From Leucoraja erinacea (Eukaryota), in the NCBI RefSeq assembly GCF_028641065.1, contig NC_073385.1, forward strand, positions 46,748,001-46,812,000: DNA of 64,000 nucleotides, given 5' to 3'. The first letter of the stretch is position 1. Each line of letters starts with the position of its first letter. Positions 38,164 to 51,362 of this stretch are shown one piece after another. The translations under genes and the position numbers were made by a program. The notes under the pieces are model-generated. The model saw nothing but the letters and a program-made list of their open reading frames with translations, was not told the DNA's origin and made no database searches.

Positions 38164-40709
38164 CTGGTGCCTGCTGTGAGAAGAAAATTGCTTGGCAATG
38201 AATTAACATAGAAAGAGCCTTGCCAACATACACATCTAAACTGTCGTACATTCCAAGTTACATGACTAAGTAAATGTGGAAGTCTTGAGAAAGTAGGATT
38301 ATTTATTTGGGTACAAATGATTCTTCTTGCCCCAATTAGCTTTAGATGACTTCCCCTCTAACATAGTGTGAGGTGCAAGAACCTTGATTCTTCACTATTA
38401 GTCTCCAATCAGAGGTTCTCCAACAATGAATCATGCCCGGCCAATGTTTCAGCAAAGCCTGTAAAATATCCAGACTAGGACTGATAAGTGGCAGAACTTG
38501 GGACAATGTTAGTGCTGGCCATTGGCACGTGTGAGCTGGAAGTCATCCAGTCAGCCTCTCCTAAATGTCAGTGGTGCCACCACACCAGTGACTTCTGTAT
38601 CCCCTACCACCTCCATCATGGGAGCTGTGGTTAATCAGTATTATCAGGTTAATCCTGATTACAACAGGTTGAAGTTAGACACTTTGTCCTTCCTGGCTCA
38701 TCTGTTGATTCTTCAAAACTTCCCCACAATTCTAAAGCGCATATCAAAAACATGATAGACTGTAACACCTGACCTACATCCTGGCACAGTAACATTTTGA
38801 AAGCTAAACACTCAGTGCAGCAACACTGTGATGATATTACTGGAGCAAGTAACTAAAGACCGATGGGCCACGATGGCAGAAAGTTAAATTCATATGAATA
38901 AATAAATTGGGAATTAATAAGTTAGTTTCAGTAAAAGTGATTAGAAAACTGCTAGGTTGTTGTAAAAGCACAGTCAGTTCCCCAATGGCTTTTGGGGGGG
39001 GGGAAATTATCCGTCCTAACTTTGCTGGTCCTTCTCTGATCCCAGACCCACAGTCATGTGGTAGATTCGTAACTGAAATGAACTAGCAAGCCATTTACTT
39101 CACAGACATTCAGATGACTATTCAGTGCTGACACACACATCACATAATTATTATTTTTTTAAACCACACAAGACATTGGAATCTCATAGCAATTGAAAAC
39201 TGAATGGACATTTGATATCTTATAAGGAGGGAAGGGTGCAAACAAACAAACTAATGAAATCATTTGAACATGCAATGGGAAAATAAAATATAGCAAATGT
39301 TATTGGTGCAATATCAATGATTGAGCATCAACATGATTTGAGAACCAACAACTAACTGTCAGTTCAATTGCTGAATATTATAACAAGACAGAAGAACACA
39401 GCTGCTGAAAGCCATGCTGAACAGACCTGAGAATGTAATATCAGTAAAAAGTGGTAGGTTGAGAAAATGGGGGTGAGTATAGAATTTGTCAAAAATTGTA
39501 ATCACAGGAGTTGAAGGGAGGACCGCCTGGAAACAAGAGTATCCTGGCTTTCTTTGCTGAACCCAGAGTCCTGAGACACAAGATATGGTAAAAAGAACCA
39601 AAGCACATAACAAAAAAAACAAATTGCTGGAGGAACTCAGTGGGTTAGACAGCTGTTGTGGAGAGAAATGGACACCATTTTTGGGGTGGGACCCTTCTTC
39701 CCAACCTGAAATGTCATCTGTCCATTTTCCTCCACAGGTTCTGCCTGAATGGCTGATTCCTTCCAGCACTATGTTTTCTTGTTCAAATTTCCAGTGTCTG
39801 CAGTCTCTTGTGTCTTCCAGAAAAATAGAAGCCTTTACATGCTGCTTCTGACCCTGGATTCACATCCTGACAGCTTTGGCTTGGCAGTCCATCAATTATT
39901 CCCTGCTCAGATCTCAGAGTAATACTGCATATTGGGTCAGATGATAGAGGTAGAGCTTGATCCATTCAAGAAAGGATTGCAGTACATTGGTTCTGGTCTA
40001 CTTAAATGTTCAGTCAAGCCATGCAGGGTGAGAGGCCTGTTCACTAAACTCCCGTCCCATATTGATGGGTCACCCTGTCTAGTTTCCAGCAAGTAGAAGG
40101 AATTAAATTTCCTATACGATTCATACAAATACATTTCACTCCAATGTTAGAGAGCTTGGCAACTACACACACAAGGATTTATTGCTGGCCTTGGCCACAG
40201 GTCCAATGTTGATCGGACTTTGGAAAAATTCTCAATTTTTGTCATAAGCTAGTAAGTTAGTAGTGTTAGTAGTAATAAGTAGTGTTCCTTTTACACACTT
40301 CTCTGTTTCTTCAGTGCTGTCAAAATAACCTGTTTTGATTTTAACCAAACTACATATGTGCCATCTAATATCTGAGCATGCCTTGTAAGGTGACCTGTTC
40401 AAAAATGTTATTGTTTATTCAAAATATTACGATTTTCTTTTAATCACTTTGAAAACTGAGAAATCTCTAATCTGCTTAATCTACAAATTTATGATTGACA
40501 TGCTTTTTCTGTATTTTTAGCTGACAAAAATGATGCAAAGCTTTGTTAGCTATTTTCTATTTATTTTGTTTCCGTATTTCAAATGAGCAGCATTTTTGTT
40601 ACCACATATGATTTTTCTTGTGGTAATGGTACCCACTAGTTGTAATGTAGGCATTTTGTTGCACCCAAAACAAAACTTTCGTCCAAAACAAACCTCTAAA
40701 TATGCTCAG

Positions 40710-40816
40710 AAATCTGCAACTAAGTCAGAAGAGGAGGAGGAAGAATTTGACAAGACTCCTGATCCACTTCATCAGCTTATACTACACTTCAGTCGAACTG
40801 CCCTCACTGAGCGAAG
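40710..40816 (+). CDS. RYR3: RYR3 exon, 107 nt KSATKSEEEEEEFDKTPDPLHQLILHFSRTALTER(S)
   Basis: gctcag|AAA (weak pyrimidine tract), AG|gtatag. Confidence 0.92.
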
Positions 40817-41137
40817 GTATAGTAAGGATTTTATTCTGCTTTTGTAAAACCAATAATACTGATGAATCATTGCCCAATGATCTTCCAGCTTGTAATGAGA
40901 ACACCTTCCATAAGATCAATGATGTAAAAACATAAGAAACGGGACACTACTATTTTCTTTGAACCTGTTTCATTGTTCAGATTATACCTTTTTTTTCTCA
41001 TCCAATTTCCCATTCAAACCCTAGATAATTAAATTTTCAAAGTCACGCAATCTATTGATCTGAACAACTGAAGTAGAATATTCCAAAGGTGCACAACGTA
41101 CCAACTTATCCTAATATCAGTCCTAGGTGACTGGTCC

Positions 41138-43380
41138 ATAAGGTCCTAAGTGATAGGAGCAGAATTAGGCCATATGGTCCATCAAGTCTGCTCCACTATT
41201 TAATCATGGCTGATCTATCTCGCCCTCCTAACCCCAATCCCATGCCTTCACCCCATAACTCCTGACACCCGTACTAATCAAGAAACTATCTCACCTGCCT
41301 TAAAAATATCCATTGACTTGGCCTTCACAGCCTTCTGTGGCAAATAATTCCACAGATTCATCAGCCTCTGACTAAAGAAATTTCTCCTCATCTCCTTCCT
41401 AAAGGAACATATTTTAATTCTGAGGCTATGACCTTTAGTTCTAGACTCGCCCACTAGTGGAAACATCCTCTCCACATCCATTCTATCCAAGCCTTTCACT
41501 ATTCTGCAAGTTTCAATGAGGTGTCCCCTCATCCTTCTAAACTCCAGTGAGTACAGGCCCAGTGCCATCAAACACTCATCATATGTTAACCCACTCATTG
41601 CTGGAAGCATTCTTGAAAACGTCCTCTGTACCCTCTCCAGAGCTAGTGCAACCTTCCCATATATGGTGTCCAAAATTGCTCACAATACTCCAAATGCAGC
41701 CTGACCAGTGCCTTATAGAGCCACAGCATTATATCCCTGATTTTGTATTCTAGCCTTCTTGAAGCCCTTACTACCGATTCGACTTGCAACTTAACTTTTT
41801 GGGAATCTTGCACCAGAACTCCCAAGTCCCTATACACCTCAGATTTCTGGATTCTTTCCCCATTTAGAAAATAGTCTATTCCTTTATTGATGCTACTGAA
41901 ATGCATGACTCCACATTTTGCTACACTCTATTCCATCTGCCACTTCTCTGTCCATTCTCCCAACCTTCTGCAGAGTCCCTGCTTTCTCTACACTACCTGC
42001 CCCCCTACTTGCCTCCCCACCTATCATCTGCAAACTTAGCCACAAAGCTTTCAATCCCCTCGTACAAATCATTAATATACAACGTGAAGAGTAGCAGCCC
42101 CAGCACCGACCTCTGAGGATCTCTGCTAGTCACTCCCATCCAACCAGAAAATGCCCCCTTTATTGCCACTCGTTGTCTTCTGCCATCCAGCCAACTGCTA
42201 TCCATGCTATTATCTACCCTTTGATAGCATAGGCTTTCATCTTCCTTAGCAGCCTCATTTGTGGCACATTATCAAAGGCTTTCTGAAATCTAGATAAACA
42301 ACATCCACTGACTATCGTGTTTAAGAAGGAACTGCAGATGCTGGAAAATCGAAGGTACACAAAAATGCTGGAGAAACTCAGCGGGTGCAGCAGCATCTAT
42401 GGCGCGCAGGAAATGGGCAACGTTTTGGGCCGAAACCCTTCTTCAGTCTGAAGAAGGGTTTCAGCCCGAAACTTTGCCTATTTCCTACCATTGCTGTTCC
42501 ACCGTCATTCCTGCTAGGGTCCCTTTCCAGTCACTTTGGCAAGCTCCTCCCTCATGCCTCTGTAGTCCCCTTTGCTCGGCTGTTATACAGACACATCTGA
42601 TTTAATCTTCTCCCTCTCAAATTGCAGGTTAAATCTTATTATGTTGTGGTCACTACCTCCTAGTGGTTCCTTTATCTTGAGGTACCTTATCAAATTGGGT
42701 TCATTACACCGCACTAAATCAAGAATTGCCTTTTCCCTGGTGGGCTCCACTACAAGCTGCTCTAAGAAACCATCTTGGAGGCACTCCACAAATTCTTGGG
42801 AATCAGTACCAATCTGATTTTCCCCAGTCTACCTGAAAATTGAAATCTCCCCTGACCACCATAACATTGCCTTTCTCACATGCTGATTGTATCTCCTGAT
42901 GTAACTTGTACCCTATATCCTGGGTACTCTTTGGAGGCCTGTAAATAACTCCCATTGGAGTCTTTTTACCCTTGCAATTTCTCAGCTCTACCCACAATTA
43001 ATCTAAATGTTCTGATCCTATGTCACGACTTGCTAAGGACGAACTTCATTCCTTACAAGCAGAGCTACCCCTCCGATAGGATGTATAACCTTGAATATTC
43101 AGCTCCCAGCTCCGTTCCTCTTGCAGCCACGTTTCTGCAATTCCCACATCATACCTACCAATTTCTATGTGCTACAAGCACATCCACTTTATTTCTTACA
43201 CTACGTGCATTCAAATACAGCAGTATTCACCTCCTCTCCTCTCACGCTGGGCCCGATTTTACCTGACCCTACTCTCTTACCCTTCTTAAACTTTCTGTCC
43301 TATTACTCCTGGAGACTTCTATAACTTTTCCTGCACTCTCTTCCCCTTTAACTCCACCCTTAAACTTCGATTTTGTTGAC
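41138..43380 (-). mobile_element. CR1-like LINE with internal deletions (APE + RT), interrupted by Penelope piece 42318-42490
   Basis: GVIYRPP, GDFN, LGGSDHN (APE) and KFADD (RT) in minus ORFs. Confidence 0.9.
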
Positions 43381-43987
43381 TGCAGCCCCGTATCTATCCT
43401 GTGACTTTGATCACGAGTTGGGGACTTTCTAGCCGGAGGGCATCGCCACTTATTTTAGATCTGTAGGCTGTAAGCCAACCGGTTCAGGGGATTTGTGGTC
43501 GTTGAACCCTCTTCATGTATCCAGAGGTTTATATTTATTAATATTACTGGTTACATTATATTCTTCACAATCTTTGGAGCCTAATTTTTTACATTTTTAA
43601 TATATTGTTCTATGAAGACATATGTTTAATATTTCTTACCTTTCTTTATTTCTGCAGTATAATTTATTAGCCCTTGAGGGATTTCAATTTGCTTTTTCAA
43701 TTGGCTGTTCCTAGTATATTCAGAACAGTTAAATTCCTTCACAGTATTTACTTTTAGTCTGGGAGCCTATCTAGAGATACCCCAATCTATAAAACGTTCT
43801 AAAATTCTCAAATTGTTGCAATTTTCTTCCCCAAACATTTGTTCTCCATGGGTGCAAACTTAGGCTGTGGCTCCAATAAACTCTGCCAAGATGCAGCACA
43901 CGAGTAAGGAAGAGACACCAAAAACCAATGACCATAAGTGTGTCAATAGTATTAGAAAAGAAGCGTGAATCTGCCAATCTTATTTGC

Positions 43988-44276
43988 GGGCGGCACAGTG
44001 GCATAGTGGTAGAGTTGCTGCCTTATAGCGCCTGACTCCTGGCTTCGATCCTGACTATGGGTGCTGTTTGTATGGAGTTTTATGCTCTCCCTGTGACCAC
44101 ATGGGTTTTCTCTGGGTGCTCTGGTTTCTTCCCACACTCTGAAAAAGCACTGGTTTGCAGGTTAATTGACTTTGGTAAATTGTAAATATTGGCCCTAATG
44201 TGCAGTATACTGTTAGTGTATGGGGTGATCGCTGGTCGACAGGCCTGTTTCCATGCTGGATCTCTAAAGTCTAAAG
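43988..44276 (+). mobile_element. tRNA-derived SINE (HE1-like)
   Basis: A-box-like tggcatagtgg, B-box-like gcttcgatcc, (CTAAAGT)n tail. Confidence 0.85.
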
Positions 44277-44549
44277 TTTATTTCTACTTATTTCATGATG
44301 GTGCTAAAAGTCATGAACATTTTGTTCTCTATATTTTAAACCTTTGCTGATGTTCCCAAGAGCTCGTTCTGATTAAAATCTGAGATATGAATAGGTGCTG
44401 AATATTTGTAAAAAGTCATCCCAAATTTTTCAACCTTTATATTTGTTTTTATTTATTGGAGGGCTTTCATGAGATATTTTGCAGAACAAATTTATGTTAA
44501 AATGATGACTACAATGCAGAATTAATTAATCCAATATCACATGTTACAG

Positions 44550-44601
44550 TGCAATTGAAGAGGACCCCTTATACCTTGCATATGCAGACATGATGGCAAA
44601 A
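44550..44601 (+). CDS. RYR3: RYR3 exon, 52 nt AIEEDPLYLAYADMMAK
   Basis: gttacag|T, AAA|gtaagt. Confidence 0.94.
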
Positions 44602-45971
44602 GTAAGTTTTCTGGAATGCTGGAGAAGTTCAGCATTATTCATTATGTAAACATAAATACTGAAACTGTTTCTGTGGAAACCGTGTCTATGTCCTTGACTT
44701 TTTATCAACGTGAAGATGACAAAATGCAAACGGATAATGCTAAGGAACAGTGTAGAAGAAAGGCATCATTGCTCATCCTTTCACTTCAATTTGATTTTTT
44801 AAATGTGTGGAAATCAACAAATGCTTGTGCTTGGAAGCAAAATTAAATGGGTTTTGGTGGAGAGAAAAAAAGGTGTCCCTCAAACCACTCGCCTCAAAAG
44901 GGAGATAGGCATAACTATTATTTTACGTTTAACTCAAAGCATTTGAGTGCAATGAATAAAGTTGTCAAGGCAATATCCTTGAATACCAATGAATAGGTAT
45001 TCTGAAAAGTAAAGTAGATTGCTGAATATTGATTTGTAGCATGATCCAAGGGAACAATAGCGGATGGGTTGAACAGAGTGCTGCAGAGATTGGCAAGGTT
45101 ACCCATCATGTATGCACTGTGTGCCGAGCCCATACAAAATGAAGGTGGAATTGTTAATTTGTAAGGCACCAACAATGGACATTGAAAAGCAAAAATTACT
45201 GGCCTGAAATATTAACAATTTTTCTCCCTCCACTTGTTCTGCTTGGCCTACTGAATATCATGAGCGTTTTCTGGGTCTAACTAGCAATGAATAAGAGTGA
45301 TAGAGGGTTGCTGTAGAATTTTCACCATCCGCACATTCTTGCTGTTCTTGTCTACGATCGTTGCTAGTTATAGAAATGCACATTAATTTAAATTTTGCAG
45401 CTTTTGGAGAACCAAGCATCCATGGTCTTAAAAGTATGGGTCAAACACTGTCAGTGTCTCTAAGCCTCATGTTATACAGGCTTCAATTGGGTGATGATTT
45501 AAGGGGCTATATTCCAGCGTGTCTAGTGCTGGGAATCTACTATGAAATATAAATGTCAAAATGCACTGTGATAATGGGAATATTACATATAGCTGCAGTA
45601 ATCATGTCATGTTTCTTCTTTCAAGAAAATAGGCAGTGCCAATATTTCCATACAATTGTATATGTGTAATTGTACTTTAAATTCAGATCAGCCCATTAAT
45701 AGTTAAGCATGTTTGATCCTTTCCTAGACAGTGAAAGATTTATTTACAGGATGTGCAATAAGCGAGTTTGGTATTCCGATTGTGCATGCCCAGGTCATAG
45801 GTCACTCGAGAAAAACATTCTTGGAAGCTGAGCTGTTGCGTTTATACAGACCTGCGTTTCCGATCTGCATACAGGCAACATCTCTGGAGAAGGGATGTCA
45901 AACTCCAACCCGATACATCACCTATTCCTTTTCTCCAAAGATGCTGCCTGTTCCATTTTGTGCGTATCCCC

Positions 45972-47125
45972 GTTGGGCATGCACAGGGCACGTACGCGAG
46001 GATGCTCTTCATTGACTATAGCTCTGCATTCAATACGGTCATCCCCACCAAGTTCACCATCAAACTCCACCAGCTAGGCCTCAGCTCGCCGATATGCGAT
46101 TGGATCCTGAACTTTCTGACGGAGCGACCGCAGGCAGTGAGACTGGGCCCGCACCTGTCCTCCACTATCACCCTGAGCACCGGCACACCACAGGGCTGTG
46201 TACTAAGCCCCATGCTCTACTCCCTCTTCACTCATGACTGTGTTCCTGCATTCGACACCAACACCATCGTGAAGTTTGCAGACGACACAACAGTGATTGG
46301 GCTGATCACCAACGGTGATGAAACAAAATACAGAGCGGAGGTGCAGAACCTGGCGGACTGGTGCGCATGTAACAACTTGTCACTAAACACCTCCAAGACC
46401 AAGGAGTTGATTATTGACTTCAGGAGGTCCCATAATGGAGAATACGCCCCAATCTCCATTTACGGGGAAAGTGTGGAGAGAGTGTCCAGCTTTAAGTTTC
46501 TGGGCACTCACATTTCAGAGGACCTCACATGGTCCACCAACCCCACTGCGCTGGTCAAGAAGGCACAGCAACGACTGTTCTTCCTGAGGACATTAAAAAA
46601 GACTGGTCTGCCCCAACAGCTGCTGACAAACTTCTACCGCTGCACCACAGAGAGCATATTAACGTATGGCATCTCTGTGTGGTATCTCAGCTGCACGGAG
46701 ACGGAGAGGAGAGCTCTTCAGCGTGTCATCCATAGAGCGCAGAGGATTATTGGGACACAGCTACCAGCCTTGGAGGGCATCTACCACACACGGTGCCTCA
46801 GGAAGGCCGTCAGCATCCTTAAAGACTCCTCACACCCTTGTAACGGACTCCTCACACCCTTGTAATGAACTACTTCCCTCCGGCAGACGTTATAAGGCCT
46901 TCTACGCCTGAGCCTCCAGACTCGGAAACAGCTTTATTCCCAGAGCTATAGCGGCTCTGAACCGGCTCTGCTGAGTGCCCCCATCCCCCCTGGACTGTCT
47001 CCCTCAGATGGTCACGTTGCACAGTTTATTTATTTATTTTATTTTTTTGACATCGGTTGGAAGCTGAATACTAAATCTCATTGCACTGATGTGCAATGAC
47101 AATAAAAGATATTATCATTATTATT
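45972..47125 (+). mobile_element. 5'-truncated Rex1/Babar-clade LINE with nearly intact RT
   Basis: ORF 45960..46865 [27 protein letters not shown]; AATAAA + (TTA)n tail; a 20-bp duplication (46824/46846) breaks the ORF end. Confidence 0.9.
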
Positions 47126-48317
47126 GATGACTGGCGCTCAGCTATCACCAGCAACGAGGGGGTTAACCGACAGCCACTGGATAAGGAGAGAGGTGCAGCT
47201 GACGGTCTTCAGCCCGTAGGGGAATGTGTTCCTCAGGAGTTGGGGCAGAGTTGAGCTGGAGTTAGCGCTACTTCTCCATGCTGGCTGTAAGCCTGGGGCC
47301 GCCACTGCTCCAGGCCAATGTCCTGTCAGTTCAGGGTCTTCCCGGACAATTCCGGCCGCCCCAGACAGGGATGGGACACTCGGGATAGGACGGGGACGGT
47401 CCAGTAGCAATTCAACAGTGTTTCAACAGCCCTGGAGACCCGGGTTCGATCCTGACTACGGATGAAACGCAGGTCTGTATACACGCAGCAGCTCAGCTGC
47501 CGAGAATGTCTCTCCGCCAGTCCAGTCTCTCCCCGCCTCCCACTCGCATCTGCCCCCTCTCTCTCGCTGTTACACCCTGCTCTCCCGCTATCTGGCACCC
47601 CCGTTCCTCAGATTAAATTTTTTAACATAAATTATGAATAAAGATAAGAAAATGTTTCAAACACAAGTAATATTTTCGTATTCCAGTAGCAAACATATTA
47701 AGAATTAAATGAAAATAATAAATTCTTTAACTTTTTGAATATCTCATAATTGCAGATTAATGAACTGAACTAGAACTGGGACTGTAAATAGTGTGTGAAC
47801 AGCAGAACAAGAAAGGAAGCTATTGAGTTAACAGAATTATAGACTTTCATTGGTAGAATAGTTAACAATTTATACAGCCAGCGCTTTGTTCGCTTTTTCT
47901 TAATCACAAATGACCTTTGCCAAATCCCATGATTCCTTGCATTTTTCGGAATACCGAACTCGCTTATTGTTTAAGTTAAAATGCCATTCTTTATTACCAA
48001 CATCCTTGTCATTGATTTAAAAATGTTCAACTTGTTAACTGGTATTTGTGTTCCAGCTTGGATATTGGGATATTTTGTGAATTTAGAACTTTGAAAGTGA
48101 GAAATATTGATGCTGTACAGCACTTGGACCATGTCAGCCAAGTAGCCTAAACAGGCTTGTTCCACTTGTCTGTGCTTGGATGATTTTCCCCTAAATCTCT
48201 CCTATTCATATACCCGCCAGATGTTTATTTTGCATATTTGAAGTTTTCAAAGACATTTCAATGCTTGAGTGATTTGCTGAACAAAATCATTTAATTCTAA
48301 CTTTGCTTTAATATTAG

Positions 48318-48374
48318 AGTTGCCATGTTGATGATGATGATGAAGAAGATGAAGAAAAAGAAAAAACTTTTGAA
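48318..48374 (+). CDS. RYR3: RYR3 exon, 57 nt SCHVDDDDEEDEEKEKTFE
   Basis: tattag|AGT, GAA|gtaagt. Confidence 0.94.
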
Positions 48375-49439
48375 GTAAGTTGATAATAAGTTGTCAAATA
48401 TTGAGTTGTTTATTCCAGAAAATAACCACATTCTTTAAAATAGTATCCTATCTTTGTGCTAAAAATGGACAATAGTATAAATGATATTGGAATAATGATG
48501 GAAAAGTCTGTAATAGTGGAGTGTGGTAATTGATAACTATTGAAACCATGTATTTCAGTTCCCAAGGCATATTTGTGTGATGTGTTATATCCAGTTTATA
48601 TAATGCACAATTGAAACAATTATCAGTGTAAAGGGATGTCAAACCCAGCCCATCCAATTAGCACTATGATGAATACACCACTCACTTGCTTAGAAATTGC
48701 CTTACACTTTTAATATACTAAACAGGTGCTACATTTAGACCTAACAACTCATCAGATGACCTGTAAAAAATATGGTGAGTTTGTGCGAAATAGTGGTTTA
48801 AAAAAAATTGTTAGGCTGGTTCACCCAGAATTTTTCATTAAAATGGTTGTTTTAGTGCAAATCCCACTGGCAACAGCACAAATAGTCCTAACTACTTGTC
48901 ACTGATTTGCTGACCTCGGGCATGAATGTCACTCTCTGACAGCCACAAAACAGTTGCTGAAATGAATGCCAAAAGAAATTAAAGGAAACAGGAAATTCAT
49001 TTGTTTTTTGTGTGCGTGGTTACTGAAGGATCCACAATAAAACAGGATACATTGGGGGTTGATGGGGTGGTGCATTCGGCATCTGGACCGTACTGTCAAA
49101 TCAACTCATTAAAATAAATTTAACATTCCTCTCTAATTTTGTTCTTGAAGTCTCGTGGATTTGGAGCTGCAACTTTGGGATCACAGGGTGACGGATGTCT
49201 TTCTTTTATCCATTGGTGCCCCTCAATGACGAGTTAGCAGTTGTTTTAAAATGAGTTTAAAAAAAATATATCTTACATTTTACTTGCAGTGGTAGTTAAA
49301 AATGATTCCTGTTATATTACCCTTTCATTGTGATTTCGTGCAAGCTGCTTTCTAAAATATCACTTCTATCATGGACTTAAAGGATACATATTTCTGAGTA
49401 ATATGCATTAAAATTGTTTGTTTTTTTATGTTCCAAAAG

Positions 49440-49539
49440 GAAAAGGAAATGGAGAAACAAATGACACTCTACCAGCAAGCAAGGCTTCACCAGCGTGCAG
49501 CAGCTGAGATGGTTATACAAATGATTAGTGCAAGCAAAG
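49440..49539 (+). CDS. RYR3: RYR3 exon, 100 nt [33 protein letters not shown](G)
   Basis: ccaaaag|GAA, G|gtagag. Confidence 0.95.
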
Positions 49540-49760
49540 GTAGAGTGTAACCATGGTAACAGAACAACAGGCTTCATGTGAATAGCCCTCTTATCTTCCG
49601 TATTGCTAAAGCACTTGTGAATTTGGATTGTTTTGTGATTGAAGTACGCAGAGTAGATGAATACAACTTTATGTTGTTCTGTTATTGGAACAATGATTTT
49701 ATTACTAGACTCTATATTTATTTTGCTATCATTCATCATTTTTGTATTTTGTTCTTACAG

Positions 49761-49840
49761 GTGCATTAACACCCATGGTGACCACAACATTAAAGCTTGG
49801 TATCTCCATTCTGAATGGTGGTAACCCTGATGTCCAGCGG
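49761..49840 (+). CDS. RYR3: RYR3 exon, 80 nt ALTPMVTTTLKLGISILNGGNPDVQR
   Basis: cttacag|GT, CGG|gtaaaa. Confidence 0.95.
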
Positions 49841-50136
49841 GTAAAATAGTCTTTGCTATTAAAACATCTGTAGCAGTTCTAGTGACATTAAAACACTAAT
49901 CAAGTGTACTGATTTATTTATCTGTGCAAAACATTTTTTATTTTTAAGATGAATTGTAAAACATTGAAGCTAATATAAAGAAATGTAGCCATGAAAGTGG
50001 TCCTAATGATTCATTGCACTGATAGGAATGATAAACTGTGGAAAGTTTATTTAGTGAGCATATTCCATTAAAGTTAACTATAATACATTACATTTGTTAA
50101 TTATTTATACATAAATAACGTAACTTTTTAATTTAG

Positions 50137-50213
50137 ATAATGTTGGACTATTTGAAGGAGAAGAAAGAAAGTGGTTTTTTCAGGAGCCTGTCTGGATTGA
50201 TGCGATCCTGCAG
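50137..50213 (+). CDS. RYR3: RYR3 exon, 77 nt IMLDYLKEKKESGFFRSLSGLMRSC(S)
   Basis: atttag|ATA, AG|gtaaaa. Confidence 0.95.
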
Positions 50214-50518
50214 GTAAAAGAACAACGTTTAAACAATATGTTGAATTTGCTGGTCTCTTCCTGTCAGTGAGTCAACAGGCACATAGTCATGCTTATTCAC
50301 AAAATCCATATCTTTGTTCTCAGAGTAAATGTAAGGTGACACCTAGGTGGTATCAGCATATATTTTATTCATTCCATAATTATTCTCAGAATGTTGCAGT
50401 GGACCTTTTAGCACCACTGTGCAGGAGCTTTATACATCATGGGTGTTCTGTAGAACCACATAAAAAAAATATTCTGAGTCATTTATATCTGTGCAGTATG
50501 AAGATCTGTGCAGTATGA

Positions 50519-51117
50519 GAGCATTCTTACCAGCAGTCTCTCAGTCTGGTATGGCAGTTGCTCTGCTGCTGACCAGAAGGCACTACAGAGAGTGGTGAGG
50601 ACAGCGGAGAAGATCACCAGATCACCCCAACCTGCAATCCAGGACTTATACCCATCTCGCTGTCACAAGAGAGCAACCAATATCATTAAAGACACCACCC
50701 ACCCAGCACACAAACTGTTCACTCTCCTACCATCTGGCAAGCGCTACCGCAGCATGCGGAGCAAAACCACCAGATTCAAAAAAAAAACAGCTTTTTCTCT
50801 CAGACCATCAGATTACTCAACACACTCAAGAAAATTCCATGAACATTTAACTAACTCAATATCTGCAGTATGCTATTTGCACTTTTCTATATTGCACCTT
50901 TATTATTGCACCTTAATAACATACCTCAAAATTTTACTACAGTCTGGCACACTGTGAATATTTTAAATAATGTATATTGTCTATCTTGTTGGTATATTGT
51001 ATGTCTGTGTTATAAATATTACTTGCACATTTGGAGTTTGGGGAAACGCAATTTCAATCCAATTTATTTGAATTGACAATAAAGTTTACTTTGAACTTTG
51101 AACTTTTGAACTTTGAA
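50519..51117 (+). mobile_element. Rex1/Babar LINE 3' fragment
   Basis: ESILTSSLSVWYGSC..LPSGKRYRS; (CTTTGAA)n tail. Confidence 0.85.
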
Positions 51118-51362
51118 GATGTAGTCTAAAGAGCGGGCTCAACCTGAAATGTCACCTATCCATGTTCTTCAGAGATGCTGCCTGACCTGCTGAGTTTCTC
51201 CATCAATTTGTGTCTTTTTTTAATAAACTAGTATCTGCAGTTCCTTGTATCCACAACCCAAATTCTATACTCAGTAGATGGAGAAAAAAAGCTGGAGTAA
51301 CTCAGCGGGACAAGCAGCATCTCTGGAGAGAAAGAATGGGTGATGTTTTGAATCAAGACCCT

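Noticed and set aside
43988-44060. tRNA gene-like A/B boxes (also at 7830-7899, 32370-32443, 47430-47460)
   Set aside because: They are SINE heads continuing into SINE bodies; no complete cloverleaf
45960-46865. Longest ORF (301 aa) as a nested host gene or novel RT system
   Set aside because: Ordinary 5'-truncated Rex1/Babar RT with no true start
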